From: Octopus sinensis
Lineage: Eukaryota
Length of the DNA stretch: 64,000 nucleotides
NCBI RefSeq assembly: GCF_006345805.1
Contig: NC_043008.1
Span: forward strand, 73,222,001 to 73,286,000
Direction of reading: 5' to 3'
Part shown: positions 13,671-28,719 of the stretch, one piece after another
How positions within the stretch are numbered: position 1 is the stretch's first letter
Layout: each line of letters begins with the position of its first letter
Program-made: the position numbers and the translations under genes
Notes under the pieces: generated by a model
Databases searched by the model: none
Seen by the model: the letters and a program-made list of their open reading frames with translations, nothing else
What the model was told of the DNA's origin: nothing

Positions 13671-14656
13671 ACCACACATTCAAATAAACACACACACACA
13701 CGTTTTGTTAGTCAACTGGTTATCTAGAATGAGCACATTTTGTACTTTTATCATATTTTGTCCTAAAGTATAATCACCACCCCACCTCTCATAGTTCCTG
13801 TCAATGACAAATAGATTCACTAGTATGGTAAGACTAATACTCTGCCTCCTTTATCAACTACTGGCTCAAATAGATATTTCATTTACATTATATGTGTAAC
13901 GCCACATTTCACTATCTATACAACCTCAAGAAAATTTCACCAAACATATCCATTACAGTCATACAAAGATTATCTGAAGCTATGAAGAATTCCCACATCA
14001 ATGTGGCAACCTGAGAAAATATATGCACTATACTGAAAACTTTGGCACCAAGCCATCTCAACTGTTACAGAAATCTATGAAAAAATAGTGTCTTAGAAAC
14101 AAAGAGAAAATATAGCAAAAAACAAAATCCATCAATTCCATCCATGCCAACCTCTGTCAGTCAAGTACAACTTGTGTGGTCACATGTGTTACGCAAGGAC
14201 TAACTTTCACTGTCACCAGTAATACTGACATAACAAACAAGACAGAAAGAAGAAAAAATATCTGAAATGAGGACGAGCTGATGTTGATAATAAATATATA
14301 TATATACATATACACAGAAACTAATATTCTACATATAAACAAACACATTATGCTAGTATAAAGCATCTTGCCAATAACAGCATTATGTAATTATGAAAGT
14401 GTAAAACATATAGCAACATTATATGCACACATACACACACACACACACACATATCCAAATACATATATATACACACATACCAACATATGAAAAGACATAC
14501 ATAGATATATAAAATTGCACACACATGAGTTTGTTGTGTGTTTTGGTAATGATATATGATTAATTTAGAAAGATAATTACATAATATATATATACATAAA
14601 CAAATGCACACACACACATATATATATGCGCATGTGTGTCTGTGTGTGTGTATACA

Positions 14657-14687
<31 letters not shown>

Positions 14688-14845
14688 ATATATATGCATA
14701 TATTTGTGTGTGTATATATATATATGTGTATATATATATATATACACATATATCTGTGTGTGTGTTGTGTGTGTATAATAATAAAATCATACATACAGGC
14801 AAATGCAAAAATGTGTGTGCGTTTGTTTATCTATCTATCTATCTA

Positions 14846-14895
<50 letters not shown>

Positions 14896-14903
14896 CGTGT
14901 GTG

Positions 14904-14969
<66 letters not shown>

Positions 14970-15869
14970 ATATATATATCTGCATGTATGTAGTTTGTAG
15001 CTCTAGATATGCCACTGTGTAGTATAAATATTAAGTTATATCATTAATTTAGGAAGATAAGACAGGAAAGAGGCATGAAACTAAATATATGTGAGACTTC
15101 TTTGAGCTGTTCATCAGTAATTAATTTACCATTCGTCTGTCTTTTATCTCTAAACCATGTTGTTCCCTACTGAATTACTGTACGTACATCAATCACTAAA
15201 TTGATATCGGCAAGCACGTTATTTTCCATGAATGTGAGTGACTGCAATGTGAGCTGCTGTGACTGAGGTTAATATCTCTGCAATGTGAGTCTGAAAAACT
15301 TTGGAAATATTGTTGAAATCACAAACCATGTCATATGTTTAGATTTTAATTAGTAGAGGTTCATAGAATTTGATTAATTTAGATGAAAATTACATCTCAG
15401 TTATTCTAGACCCAAACACTAGAAGAATTAAGTGTTTTAAGCTAGTTGAACCATTAAACACAATGCTTGCTATACAGTTTCGAATCCTGGTTATGCCATT
15501 CTCATTTAATTTGTTTTTGCTGTCTTTCTTTTTCTCTTGTTCAGATGTTTTCCAACTTTAACTTGCAATTTCTTCAAATTACTTGTAATATGGATCAAAT
15601 AAAACCAAAGACCCGTTCTTTGGCCAAATTGCATGTTTTCAATAAAATTTTTTCAAAACAATCATCATATATTTATAGGATACATTTTTAGATCTAGATT
15701 TGTCATGTTTCAGTACACAGAGACAAGTCTGCTGTTGGATTGAATGTTAGTATATGGCCATTAAATTTCTTCCAAGGTCTCTTAAGTATTTTTAGTAACA
15801 TGCTATACATACATACATACTTATTTGTGTGCGTGTATATGCATACACATATATATGTGTATGTATGTG

Positions 15870-15908
<39 letters not shown>

Positions 15909-15974
15909 CATAATATATAAATATATGCATATATACATACCTACATATATATGTATATATACATGCATATATGG

Positions 15975-16640
15975 GTACAGGACATCAAAACACAATGAGA
16001 AATGTAAACATAAAAACAAAACATAGAAAACGACCTTTTTTTTGAACAATGATAAAAACAAATAGAGAAACGAAACATGTAACATAAAGAATATTCCCCT
16101 TCATCAGTTGTTCCTGTTTCGTCTACTCCACATTTCAAAGGCAAGGACAAAACGCGTATTCATTGAAACAGTCCTTCCCGCAAAGCAAATTAAATAAAAT
16201 TTGGGATATTTTGCAGAGTGTGAAAGTGGTATCAAGAACAGGACAGTGAAAACAAGACAGTAAAAACAAACGGTAAGGGCTGCTAGGCCAAGACGATAGT
16301 AGAATTATTGTGTAGGAGGATGAGCTTATAAGAGGAGACAGGTATAAGCATATGTTGTCTTTAGGAAGGAAATGGGCAGGAAGATAGATTCCCTTTCGTC
16401 ACATGTCAGTGACGAGAGAGTCAAGGAGGGAGAGTGAGAGAGAGGGAACAGTGAAGAGGAGAGGAGAAGAATAGGGAAGGGTGGGAGAGAAAACCAGAAA
16501 GGATGAAGAACAAGAGAGGGAGAGAGATAGTAGAGATAGAAGAGTGCACATCGTAATTATTAAGATAAAATTTACTTAGAAAAGGATGCGTGGCGTTCGA
16601 TCATATAATAATATAAAGAATATATAAATATATGCATATA
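15975..16640. mobile_element. Dispersed repeat (PLE-LTR-like), homologous to 40187-40720 and partly to 16678-16720 and 53250-53340
   Basis: Shared gtacaggacatcaaaa..gaatattccccttc..aaggcaaggacaa..gcaaattaaataaaatttggga..aacaggacagtga blocks. Confidence 0.7.
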
Positions 16641-16732
16641 TACATGCATACATATATGTATATATACATACATATATGGGTACAGGACATAAAAAAAACG
16701 TTAAACACAATGATATCATATATACGTATATA

Positions 16733-16778
<46 letters not shown>

Positions 16779-18379
16779 ATGTATATATATATATATATAT
16801 ATGATATCATTGATATAACACCTGATTACTTTTCTGTTGCAAAATTCAAAGCAATGGAAAAATCACTCATCATTACCAATAACATATACTCTCTCCCTTC
16901 CTCTCTTTCTTTCTGTCTGTCTTTCTCTGTTCAAAAATACACATGTAAACATACACAAATACACACCACTAAATATATGCACAATATTGATATAAAGAAG
17001 AATGTTCTCTAAAGCTACGAAGAACAAATTGATACTTGAAATATACTTGTTTATTTTACATCTCCATCTACATCATCATCATCACATCAACTGCCTCCAC
17101 TAAGACTCCCTCCTTATCAACCTCTATCCAATCCATTCACTCCTAATCCCTTGCATTTTCCTCATCTACTCCACATTCCCACTTCTGTACAGACTATATA
17201 AACCATCTCCTATCTATGCTATGCTACATTTGTAGATCAAAGACAGCAGCAATATGCCCATTAATAGGGAGTTACTTTCTATGCAAACAAGAAACCAAAC
17301 TAATATTTTACCCAATGTGTTCCCATAGCAACATAGTCTGTGATATTATCCAATGTTAGTCCAGGCATATGAGGGTGGAGATGGCATTTCTGAAGATCAT
17401 TCGGGGCTGTTTTTATTTTATGGTTAATGAAATAACTGATGATTATTATTACCTATATATATATAAATTCATATTCCAGAGATTAGAATGATACATAAAA
17501 TATTTTCCTGAAATTTTACCAAAGTGATTTGGTAGACTTTAGTGCCAGAGATCTTGATAGAAATCTCCTATAATTTAACCTAAACTGAAGAGCAAGATAA
17601 GAACTGTGCAAAAAAGAAAGCAAAAAATAGCAGATAAAATTATGGTCTTTAGTGTTGGTGGGGTTGTGTTACATTTTTTGCGATACTGCATTCAGTCTTA
17701 GATGACATCTAAACATAATTGTTGTTGTTGTCAACCATTATTGAAGAGAAGTATAAGCAAAAATGTTGCAAAAATGACAACCTTGCCATTTCTTATATCA
17801 AGGTCTACACATTTCAATATGTTTTGTTTTAAAACAGAAGAGCAAATATGCCTACTTTTTCTAGTGGATTCTGGAGCTGCCTCATTACCTTATTTGTTTT
17901 TCCATGAAAAGGTAAATAGAAATTAGGTTCCGATCATTTAATGACAAGCATGAATAATATTTACAGTCAATTATAGGATCTTCACTGTTACATGGACAGC
18001 TGGTCTCTATTGCTCATCAAACACAATGTTATATGTTTGATATTGAAGGTGTATTGAGATATGTGTTGTATGGATTTTCTCTGTTCTATGGATTTGGTGT
18101 TCAATAAGTTATAGATGAGCAGTCAATGTCCTGTAGATGTGGTGTAGTTGTGTTGTAGACAAATCGTTAATGTTCTGAAGTTATGCTGTAAATGTATTGT
18201 TAGATTGTACCAAGTGGCAATTTTCCATCACCATTAGAACCAATACCTTCAAAGCCACATGGAGAGAAAAGGAAGAAATCAAATGACAGGAAAGAAAGGC
18301 TTGACAAAATCAATCTCGTCCTCAACCAACATTGCCATGCAGTCAGTTCCATTGACTCTTCTATATAAGAATTAGTCTA

Positions 18380-18800
18380 CAGAGTCATCAAAATCATCAC
18401 CATAAAGGAAGCATTCACCAAAGAAGAAAATAAATACTTGGATATGAGATAAAGATACTGCCACTGTCATCTGTTTACATTGTTGTAAATATGTTTTACT
18501 TTATCTGCATGGTGATCACTATGAAAATGTTTGTATTGTACAAACTTTAATTTAGAAAAAGGCAGAGAACACATTTGATACTCAACAAACTAGGTGGGTA
18601 CAGTTTCAGTAGAGAAACCTGTTGTTTTAGATACCAGAGAAAGAGAGATGTGGATTATGTAAACAAATGATTCAGTACCTGCATCAAGTGAATGAAAAAC
18701 TAATATGCAAGAATATGATCTTCATGGGCCACCTGCAGTTGTTATTACCTTTGACCTGCACAAGGCCCTAAAATGCTAAAGTTGGAATACTCATATTTTA
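18380..18800 (+). mobile_element. Possible decayed Sola-like DNA transposase fragment
   Basis: Frameshifted PEKERCGLC and AVVITFDLHKAL resemble the PKKDxCxxC / FDLQxxL motifs. Low certainty. Confidence 0.35.
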
Positions 18801-19117
18801 TTATTAGTGAAAATTTACTGCATATAATTCATAGAGACCAATATTACAATTAACAATAGCAATTTTGCTGTTGGGAACAACACTATTACTTAAAAAGTGT
18901 CTGAATGAATTAGTAGTAGATCGTTGGTGGTGTTGTGACTATGTCTAAGTATTTCACTCTCCTTCGGATTGAGTGATTCCTCCATATTGTTGCCATTGAT
19001 AACTAACATGGACAATCTTCAAGTGAAACATTTAGGAATAAAGGTAGCAAGGAAGAAATGGCAGACTGTGTGGATCTTTGTTGTATTATGCATTCTTTGC
19101 ATTTTCCTTTAACTTAC

Positions 19118-19232
19118 CCTTTTCTTTCGAATTCAAAGACGTCCCTTCCAGTAGTGATACAGTTTCATCTGTTAGAGCAGTTCTGATAGGTGAAAATTTA
19201 TTTGACCACCAGACGAAATTCACCAGTGACAC
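19118..19232 (-). CDS. Candidate internal exon (115 nt, phase 0-1): VSLVNFVWWSNKFSPIRTALTDETVSLLEGTSLNSKEK
   Basis: Minus strand tttttttcactttcag|GTGTCA...GAAAAGG|gtaagt, near-perfect splice sites. One open frame, in phase with the exon ending at 30535. Confidence 0.65.
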
Positions 19233-19623
19233 CTGAAAGTGAAAAAAACTATTAAATAGATAACTTGACAATTGCCCAGGAATCATATAATGAGGATATT
19301 TATATTTGTGGTAGGGGAGTAGTGTGGTCAGTGGTAGGGTAGTATAAATCACCTCCCAGCTTGCAGACATAGTTTGTGACCCTGGAGTGTATAGGCAAGG
19401 GGAAGGATATGCAAAGAGAAACAGAAAAAGAGGAAAAAGGGAAAACTCTAATAGGGGCAGTATTGACCTTAAAGTTAAGACCGAAATCATTAATTTATCC
19501 TTTAATTAAAGTGTGGTCAGAAGAATTATTAACTATGTAAGTTATAACAAGTATGGGTAAATAAATAAATAGATAAATAAATAAATAAAATGTAAAGGTG
19601 GAGAAATACTTAGTGATACATAA

Positions 19624-19661
<38 letters not shown>

Positions 19662-19859
19662 CTGCTATTTCTAATGAGTTCAGTATGCGGCAAAGTAATT
19701 TATTTTACTAAGCCCTTTTATATAATGTAATAATTTGAATTTGCCTTAAATGGTCCCTTTGCATACTGAATACTTGGTGAAATTGATTAATTAATTAATT
19801 TTACCCTCAATTGTTGAAATTATATATATATATATATATATATATCCACACACACACAT

Positions 19860-19938
19860 ACGTAAATACATACATACATACATACATACATACATACATA
19901 CATACATACATACATACATACATACATACATACATACA

Positions 19939-19968
<30 letters not shown>
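19860..19968. repeat. (TACA)n microsatellite
   Basis: Direct reading. Confidence 0.95.
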
Positions 19969-19971
<3 letters not shown>

Positions 19972-21214
19972 GTATGTATGTTGTGTCTTGGGAGGGTCAG
20001 CCCATCAATAATAATGACACATGCACAAGTTCAAATCCACTTCTTTTTGTTATTGAATTAGTTATGTAACTAACCAACTAATTAATCAATCAATTGTTTA
20101 ATGTATTGTTTTAAACAATCAATCGGTTGTTTGTAAGTCAAAGCTCTTTCATCACTGCTCGCAACCTTTTCAATAACTTATTGACTTTCCTTCTCTCTGC
20201 AATGTCATATGGGTTTAGTGTGTAGCTCTCTATGTGGGGAGCAGAGAATCGGGAAGTGTGTGTGTGTTTGTGTGTGAGTATCCGCATGCACATCTATGCT
20301 TATGTGTGCGTGCGTGTATGTGTACGTGGACATATGTGCACATAAGGACACACATACATGCACAAGTGCAGAAGCATGCACACAGATGTATGCATGCAGA
20401 AACATACACAACACAAGAATGCACACAGATAATTATTGATTGAAACGAACTGCCAGGTATGCACATACAGATGCTGGAATAGACTCGAACATTAAGACAA
20501 TGTTCACACTCATACATAAGAACATACAGTCACCCTCAGAACCAACTTAACTACATGAGCATGCACACTAGACTGTGCATGCACATACACATACACACAT
20601 ACACTTACACACACACATGCACACTCAGATGCTGATCTGCACACCTACTTGGCTCACTACCCTCCTTCCCACAGAAAGAACTACACTTTAAACCCATTAA
20701 TCGACAGTGGATATGAGACTGACCATGACAAAAGGCAAAAGGCCAAACCCTTAAAAAGGTCACAGATGGCTGGTGCACACACGCCCACAGAAACAAGCAG
20801 TCACATGGGTGTATACACACAACCACACACTTATGCACGTGTACATACACATAAAACCCTTCATTTATACCCACTCTTTTAAACAAACATCTACACATAC
20901 ACATACAAGCATGCTTACACACAGACATAACACTAATTCTCAGACAGATGCAGAACAGAGCTTGGAGTGAAAGACAATGTCACTAAGTCACTGAAAAGGC
21001 CTCAAGTTGCAGTAAAAGGACTTTGGTTGACAAACAACTGAATGATTGCTTGAAGCAACACATTAAACAAGCACTCAATTAGTTGATTGCTTAGATACTT
21101 AACCAACTGACTAAGGAAGTGGATTTGAACCTGCGTATGTGTTATCATTAGTGTCATGGTTCTCCCAAGGCACAGCAAAATTTGTTTCAACACATGAATT
21201 TGCATCAAGAATCT

Positions 21215-21302
<88 letters not shown>

Positions 21303-21399
21303 GACAGAATTTTTGGATATCCTCCTTTAGTTTTGGGATATTCTCCTAATATATACAATCTCTCCAATATAATATATGCCAGAAAACATGGCAATATGA

Positions 21400-23970
21400 A
21401 CACTCATTTCACTGTGAATTGAAGATGAACTGCGGTAATAACTCTTCCCTTTTTGTATGCAAACACCCTAATGCACACAATATGAACAAAAAGTACAAAC
21501 AAGATAGATGTTCCTTTGATCAGACCATTAGGAGTAGAAGTAACAAGAGATCATTTTCAAGATCCCAACAGAGATTATCTACAAGAAACAGGGCAAAAAA
21601 CCAATCTAGATCTTGAAGTAAATGCAGATCATTCCCTCAGGTTGTTAAAAACAATACTAACAAGAAACTGATAACAGTATACATAATACCATAATCAGGA
21701 CAGAAAACATAAAGAAACCAAGTAAAATACCACAACCAAAACACAAAGTCCATCAAGAAGAACATAAGTCATAAACAGAGAAAAATCCATTAATGTCAGG
21801 ACAACAAACACCTGAGAAAGAAAAAAAATCCAAGAGGAAACATACCCAAAACAACTAAACATATAGATCCTAAAATAATTCATTTATACAAAAGAGATCT
21901 TGACAATGATGAAATCCAACTTCTGTCTAAAGGAAATTCACACCTACACCAACAGTCAACTACCAAGAACTAAAGGAGAATATCCAAAAATTCTTTTGCA
22001 AGTTACGACTTGTAGAATTCTTCACTAATAAAAGTAATGTGACTGATGAATCGTTAGTAAAGAATAAATGAAATTTCACCCCACCAAAAGGAAGAAATAA
22101 CTATCTTCACCAGTACATTGATATCCTGTCAAAATTTCCCCTTAGATGCAATACTAATGTTAGGCCAAACATTAACAAATCTGAAATGTCTGCACTTAAT
22201 GTATACAAAACAATTAAACAAGCAGATAAAGGGGGTGCAATTGTTATTATGGATGCAGAATACTATAAGGATTTGGTTGAGGACCAACTGAAGGACACAG
22301 CCTCCTATTGTAAAATACCTACAAATATAGACTACCACATCATGAAGAATATCAACAATCTGGTTTCAAAACACCACAACTCACTTACTGATAATGAAAG
22401 AGACTTCATCACCGTTTCGGACCAAAACCCAGCAATTTCTACAACTTATCAAAAATACATAAATCAAAAGATGCGGTAAAAGAACAAGAAAGTATGTACA
22501 TAAAATTACCCACTGTCTAAGCAATTTTATTGGCATTGTTTTGAAACCACTATGTACCTACATACCCAATTTCATCCAGGATGACATCAACCTCCTGTCC
22601 CATCTTCCTAAAACAACTGAAACAAATTCACTTCTATTTAATTTTGATGAGGTAATTCTTTACACCAATATTCCACATGATTTAGGAATAAAAGCAATTA
22701 AATACTGGGTAGAAAAACATAGAGAAGTGATCCCCAACAAATTCACAGTGCCATTTATATTAGACACAATTAGACTTATTCTGGAAAACAACACATTCTT
22801 CTTAATTGGGAAGAATAACATCCAAATTAAAGGCACAGCAATGGGAATGAGGTTTGCTCCTGTTTACGAAAATTCTGTAATGGAATATTTAGAACAACTA
22901 CTACCAAGGAGTAGAAGAAAACTATAACACTGAATTTAGAAAATATATTGAAAAGTCATGGAAGAGATACCTTGATGCTTGTTTCCCAATCTAGACAGAA
23001 TCTTTAAATACTCTGGAAGACTTCAATATCCTCCTGAACAACCTACACCTATCTCTCCAATTTACAAAGCAAATGAGTAGTCCCAAATTACCATTCCTAG
23101 ATATAATGGTAATTAAAAAGGATACCACCATTACCACAGATATATACTACAAACACACAGACACATATCAGTACCTGGATTTTAAGTCGTACCATCCACC
23201 ACATGCAAAACACAACATCCCATACTGTCTAGCCAGAAGAGTTTGTACCATTGTAGAAGATGCAAATATCAGGAACAAACACCTAAGAGAACTAAGAGAA
23301 TTTTTGCTCAAACCTGTCTCTACTTATAGAAAATGGCATACAGCAGGCTATAAAAATACAACAAGAAGAGGAAAACAGGAACAAGTCATACCATTTATAG
23401 TGACACACAACCCATGTCACCAGAATATCTTCAACATTGTCAAAGTAAACCTACCAATCAACGCTCAAAGTAATGAAATAAAAGATATAATCACAGATCG
23501 AGTAAAAGACAGCCTAAAAACTTGAAAAAATTCTTAACAAAGGCAAAGTTTGAACTTAGTAATAAAGATCAATCATTCAATGTATCTAAAGGCAATGAGA
23601 GTCGATGTGGCACATGCCAATTCATACATACTGGCCTATATGAACACAAAAACTGGAAAAATATTCACCAACACTTATATGAACTGCAAAGGCATAAATT
23701 TAATTTACTTCATCAAATGCTCAAACTGGGAACAACTCTATGTGGGTCATACTGGAAATGCTCTACCAGAACATTCATGTGTGCACTGACAGCAAATTAG
23801 TGACCCAGATGTCCATCAGAAACCTTTGAGTAACCATCTAGCAACATGTGGTAAAAAGATATTCATAATATTTCCATTCTACAAACTACACAGTCCAAGT
23901 GAAATTGAGACAAAAATCAAAGAAAAGAACTTTATTAATAAATTCCAACCCAAGCTAAATAAAGAATAAT
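21400..23970 (+). mobile_element. Near full-length decayed Penelope-like retroelement (RT + GIY-YIG; Neptune-like Cys linker)
   Basis: IKQADKGGAIVIMD; LYTNIPHDLG; QIKGTAMGMRFAPVY; WKRYLDACF (YxDD equivalent); LPFLDIMV..TDIYYKHTDTYQYLDFKSYHP; RCGTCQFI; NLIYFIKC..YVGHTG. Many frameshifts. Confidence 0.93.
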
Positions 23971-26900
23971 ACTAATATTCAGAGGTACTTTTTCTACTGT
24001 TATGACCTCTACCACTAACAACAACAACAATACTAAAGATGCTAATGATGACCATAGCAGGAAAATACTAGCTAGGTCAAAAGAAAGGTCAGTAAAAATA
24101 ATCTTATTTTTGGACTTAAAGTTCTATTAGCATAGCTACTCCTACCATCACCACAACCACTACTGCCATCACCAAACCACCACCACCACCACCACCAACA
24201 CTATCAACAATAGCAACAATAATAAAGGAGATCATATTGGTGATGATGATAATTGAAATGTAAAAATCCCAAGGAAATGTTGTTTACATTTCTAAAAATA
24301 GCCCAACAATTACTGCTTTGACCAGGGTCAAAATAAAGGTCTCTTGATATGTTCAACAAACTGTGATGCCTAAACAAAACACCAATCAACTTCAGTAATT
24401 TAGTAAAGCCACATACTGATTGATCAGAATACAGTTTGCCAAAATTAACATTCTGGAGCCTATACAGGTGTATTTAAGGCACACAGTTTATCCAGCTTGA
24501 AAGTACTAGTTCAATCAAAATGGACATTTTACTTATTCTATCATTTCATTATAATATATTATCTTATATTATATTATTATAAGATTGTAGATAAAACGTG
24601 AAAATCAGACAACGTTGGAATTTCTTTGAGTAATATCTATGTGTGTGTGTGTGTGTGTATGTATATATATATACACACATATATGCAAGCATGAAAACAT
24701 TTAACAAGGAAAATGAGTACTCAACACAGCATTGATAGATAAATATTTAGTTGTTTTGGGGTTAAAAGGCAAACAATAATTTCAAGTGAAGAAATTCTTT
24801 TCATTTGTTCAAGCGTGGTGTGTGTGCCTGTGCATGTGTTGTGTATCTATATTTCATATAGGTGTGTATGTGCCTTAGATGATTAATTTGACTATGATAG
24901 TATCTTGCAAAAACCCAAGGCTAATGCAAGGAAGTCAACAATTAAGATAACCCTAAAAATTACCTCCTATGACATGTTTATGTATCTTGAAATCCTGTAC
25001 AATCTTGTGAAACTTCATGTATTCTAATCCAAAATAGAGGTGAGTACCAACGTTCTGATGTGGAACACCTGAACAAAAGTAAAGAATTCCTTGCATGAAA
25101 GTACTGGTAGCCTTGTTAACTCACAAATTGGAAAAGTGTATGTGTGTGTATATGTGTATATGTATATATATATGTGTGTGCATGTATATATATATATATA
25201 TATATATATTTGAGCAAAAAGCCCCCTGTCCAATGTATTCTGCTGAGTTGTCAAACATTTAAACCAAGTTTTCTCAAAACAACTTGTCTGACTGTCCCAT
25301 AGGCTTTAAGAAACACTGATTTAACTTAAATTTGAGACACCAGCAAAAAAATAAATAAAAATAGACTTTTTTACTATTCCAAAGGAAAATGATTTCAATC
25401 ACTTCATTGATCGCATTCTCACCTGGAATCGATTTTTGTAATTTTTTCAAGACTTATTCATGCCCTGATACCATCGGTATCTACATATCAAATTTGAGCA
25501 CATTCGGATGGAGGATGTCCAAGATCCTAGAAGACACACCTATACGTGTTCCACATCCTCGCATTGTGTTTTCTCTTTGTGTTTTCATGTTTGGATTAAC
25601 TATATATATATATATTCATTCATTCAAAAGTGGTTGATCAGCACATGACTGGTATAGAATTCAGCTGCCTAATTTTTGTTGCAGTGGTATCAAAAACAGA
25701 ATAAAATGTTTGCCATGCCAGTTCCTCAACCACACAGCTATTTACTATACCTGCTCCACTACAGCATAACTGTGTTTTAACACACGAATATGCTTTAGTA
25801 TAAATACAATTCAGAGACTCGTCTTTTGCTTTTTCCCTTTCCTATTCTTTCTTTGTCTTTTCCTTTCTCCTTCTTTTTTCTGTTACTCTTTCACCTTTTC
25901 TCCTTCATTCTATTTTGTATTTTTTATGTATGCTTCTTTTTTCTCCTACCTGTGTCTTTGCCTTACAGTATTTCAACTTTCATAATAATTTCCCTTGTCA
26001 GTGGTCGAGTTTTAAATGTAGAAATTTATGATCTTTTAACTGTTAAAATCTTAGTAATTTATGAGTCACGTTTTGATCAGATTTGTATTTCCTATATATG
26101 CTGTGTGCGATATCATAAAATGTCAGTCATGGCAAAAAGCGGAAGCACAAAACTCAGAGTAGTGAGGCTGTAAAATCTCAGTTTTTAATTATTGTTATCA
26201 TGAACTCTGCATTAGGTATTAAGTACTCTTCCCTTGCACTTGCATGCACAAATGCACAAAAACGCGCATGCCAATGTATATATAAACACATACATACACA
26301 CACATATATATATATGTATAAAAAATTAAGTATATATTTATATATGAATGTATGTCTGTAAGTGTGTGTATTATAAATGCATGTATATGAAGTGTGTGCA
26401 TGCACATATATATATATGCATTGATGCATATAGAGTAACATGCATATAAAATATAAAAGAGATATATATTTATAGTAATAATTCTCAAAATATATCGATT
26501 TCAAGCAGTGAGGAGAAAAAAGATATATAATTTTCAAAATATATTTTTATTGAATATATTACAATCTCCTATACACATGCAACATGTAACATCTTTGCTG
26601 TTGCAACTTTTACACAGTTTGTTTTTCATGCAGTGTTTCTGCTAATTTCAATCATGTGATAATAATCCATTTATTGTAATTATTTTTTACATCATACAAA
26701 CAGAACACCTACACATTCACTCACCACTTCCCACACATACATAAATATATGTGTATGAGCATGCACATACTCACACACACACACATACTCACACACACAC
26801 ATATATATGCAAACACACAGATACTCACTAACTCATATTTACATGCGTGCACCAACTGATATATATTCATGTGTAACATATGTAAACACAAACACACCCA

Positions 26901-27168
26901 CACATTAGCACATACACACATCAAAGCTGAGAAACATTTGAGGATATAAGTGTACATTAAGACACACATGCTGATACCTTCTATTTATCTATCTATATCA
27001 GTCTATCTATCTATACACAATAAAAGTATGTGTAGTATATGTATACATACATACATACATATATACATATATATATATGTATGTATATATTTGCATATGG
27101 ATATATATACATTTATTTATGCATACATACACATATAAATAAATATATCTATGTGCTCATGCACACAT

Positions 27169-27210
<42 letters not shown>

Positions 27211-28519
27211 TATATATATATAAGTATACACAAATATATATTGACATATGCACATACATGTATATATTTATATACTGATTTATTTATGTACTTACAGCAA
27301 TTTATATACATAATTTATTTAATCACATACATAGAAATACAAATGCACAGATTTACTGCAACATATTTTCCAACTAAACATTGCTTTACACTCTTCAGAA
27401 CTTCTCACAAACTCTCCTTCTCAACTCTAATACTGGTATTATCATGTACGTGTAATTGCTTTGATCATTCACCCCTCTCCTGACTCTGATGGCCTTCTTT
27501 CCACTAACATCACACAGTGAGCTCCAGTTCACTATGTAAAGGTAACGATCCTTATCAAACATTTTCTCTCTAGGAAATAGACTGTTCTATTTTCTGGAGG
27601 ACAATCTCTTTGATCCTCCTGCTACCATGAAATACTGCACTGACCCACTTGTACGGTTCCTAAAGAGCCAGTGTAGCTGGTGACTTACTCTTCTATGTTA
27701 TATAACATATTTACATTTATAACTTCTAACATAACTTCTATCCTCACACTTTTCTACATTGCTGGTGCTGCTTTGACAACATGGTACTCTTTTCACACAG
27801 AGGTGTCATCTGCATAAATAACTGAACACTTCATACCAGACTTGTTCAGAATATATGGTGGTGCTATTCTCTTTTTTAGAGGTGGATAGAGAACTAATTT
27901 TCATTGAATAACATCAATACACATATGCTATACATCAGGACTGTCTTAGCAGCATAATAAGCCCGAGGTAAATCAATGGGCTGGACATTATAGTATTTAT
28001 TACTGACAGCCAGCCACAACATACAAAAATCAGAATTGGTCTCTAAACCCCAGAAGATCCCAGACAACAGTCCTGTGTGCCCATACCTTAAAATATCACT
28101 GCTGTACATATCATCAACATGGCAATGGTGTCTCACTTTATCTATTGTTGTGGATGTCAAACAATTTAACCTCACAATACAGCTACATATCTTTGACAGT
28201 CTTTCATGGTGATTTCTCTTATGTAATATCTCCCTTATGGAATATTAACACTCTCTGACTCCCTACACAGATTAATAAGTTCTATAGTGAAGTGCTGCGC
28301 TAACATATTTAGGACTGTCCTTCCTCCCCACCTCTTTACATGGCTACTACTGCTACTACTACAAATATCTACTAACAAATAACCTAACCTCTACAAGCTC
28401 ACCTCAATTGCTAGATATAGCAAGTGTCTTCTACTATAGCTCTGGTGTGATTGGATTTAATAGACGGAAATGAAAGAAGCTTGTGTGTGTGTGTATATAT
28501 ATATATATAATATATATAT

Positions 28520-28672
28520 ATATATTGGTTGGCGTTAGGAAGGGCATCCAGCTGTAGAAACACTACCAGATCAGACTGACCCTGGTGCAGCCTCCTGGCT
28601 TCCCAGACCCCGGTCAAACTGTCTAACCCATGCTAGGATGGAAAACGGACGTTAAACGATGACGGTGATGAT
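28520..28672 (+). mobile_element. RTE-type 3' UTR terminal fragment
   Basis: ggttggcgttaggaagggcatcc...ccatgctaggatggaaaacggacgttaaacgatgac. Confidence 0.8.
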
Positions 28673-28674
28673 TA

Positions 28675-28719
<45 letters not shown>

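Noticed and set aside
14205-14261. 57-nt hydrophobic exon candidate IFFLLSVLFVMSVLLVTVK (minus)
   Set aside because: The hydrophobicity follows from T-richness, the donor is mediocre and the phase does not fit neighbouring exons.
15187-15290. Exon-like segment with a repeated ctcacattgcag motif
   Set aside because: No frame is open between the best acceptor and best donor; it only works with weak alternative sites.
20667-20750. Plus-strand 84-nt open segment containing DSGYET (degron-like)
   Set aside because: Weak donor, isolated within CA-rich low-complexity DNA; the motif is likely chance.
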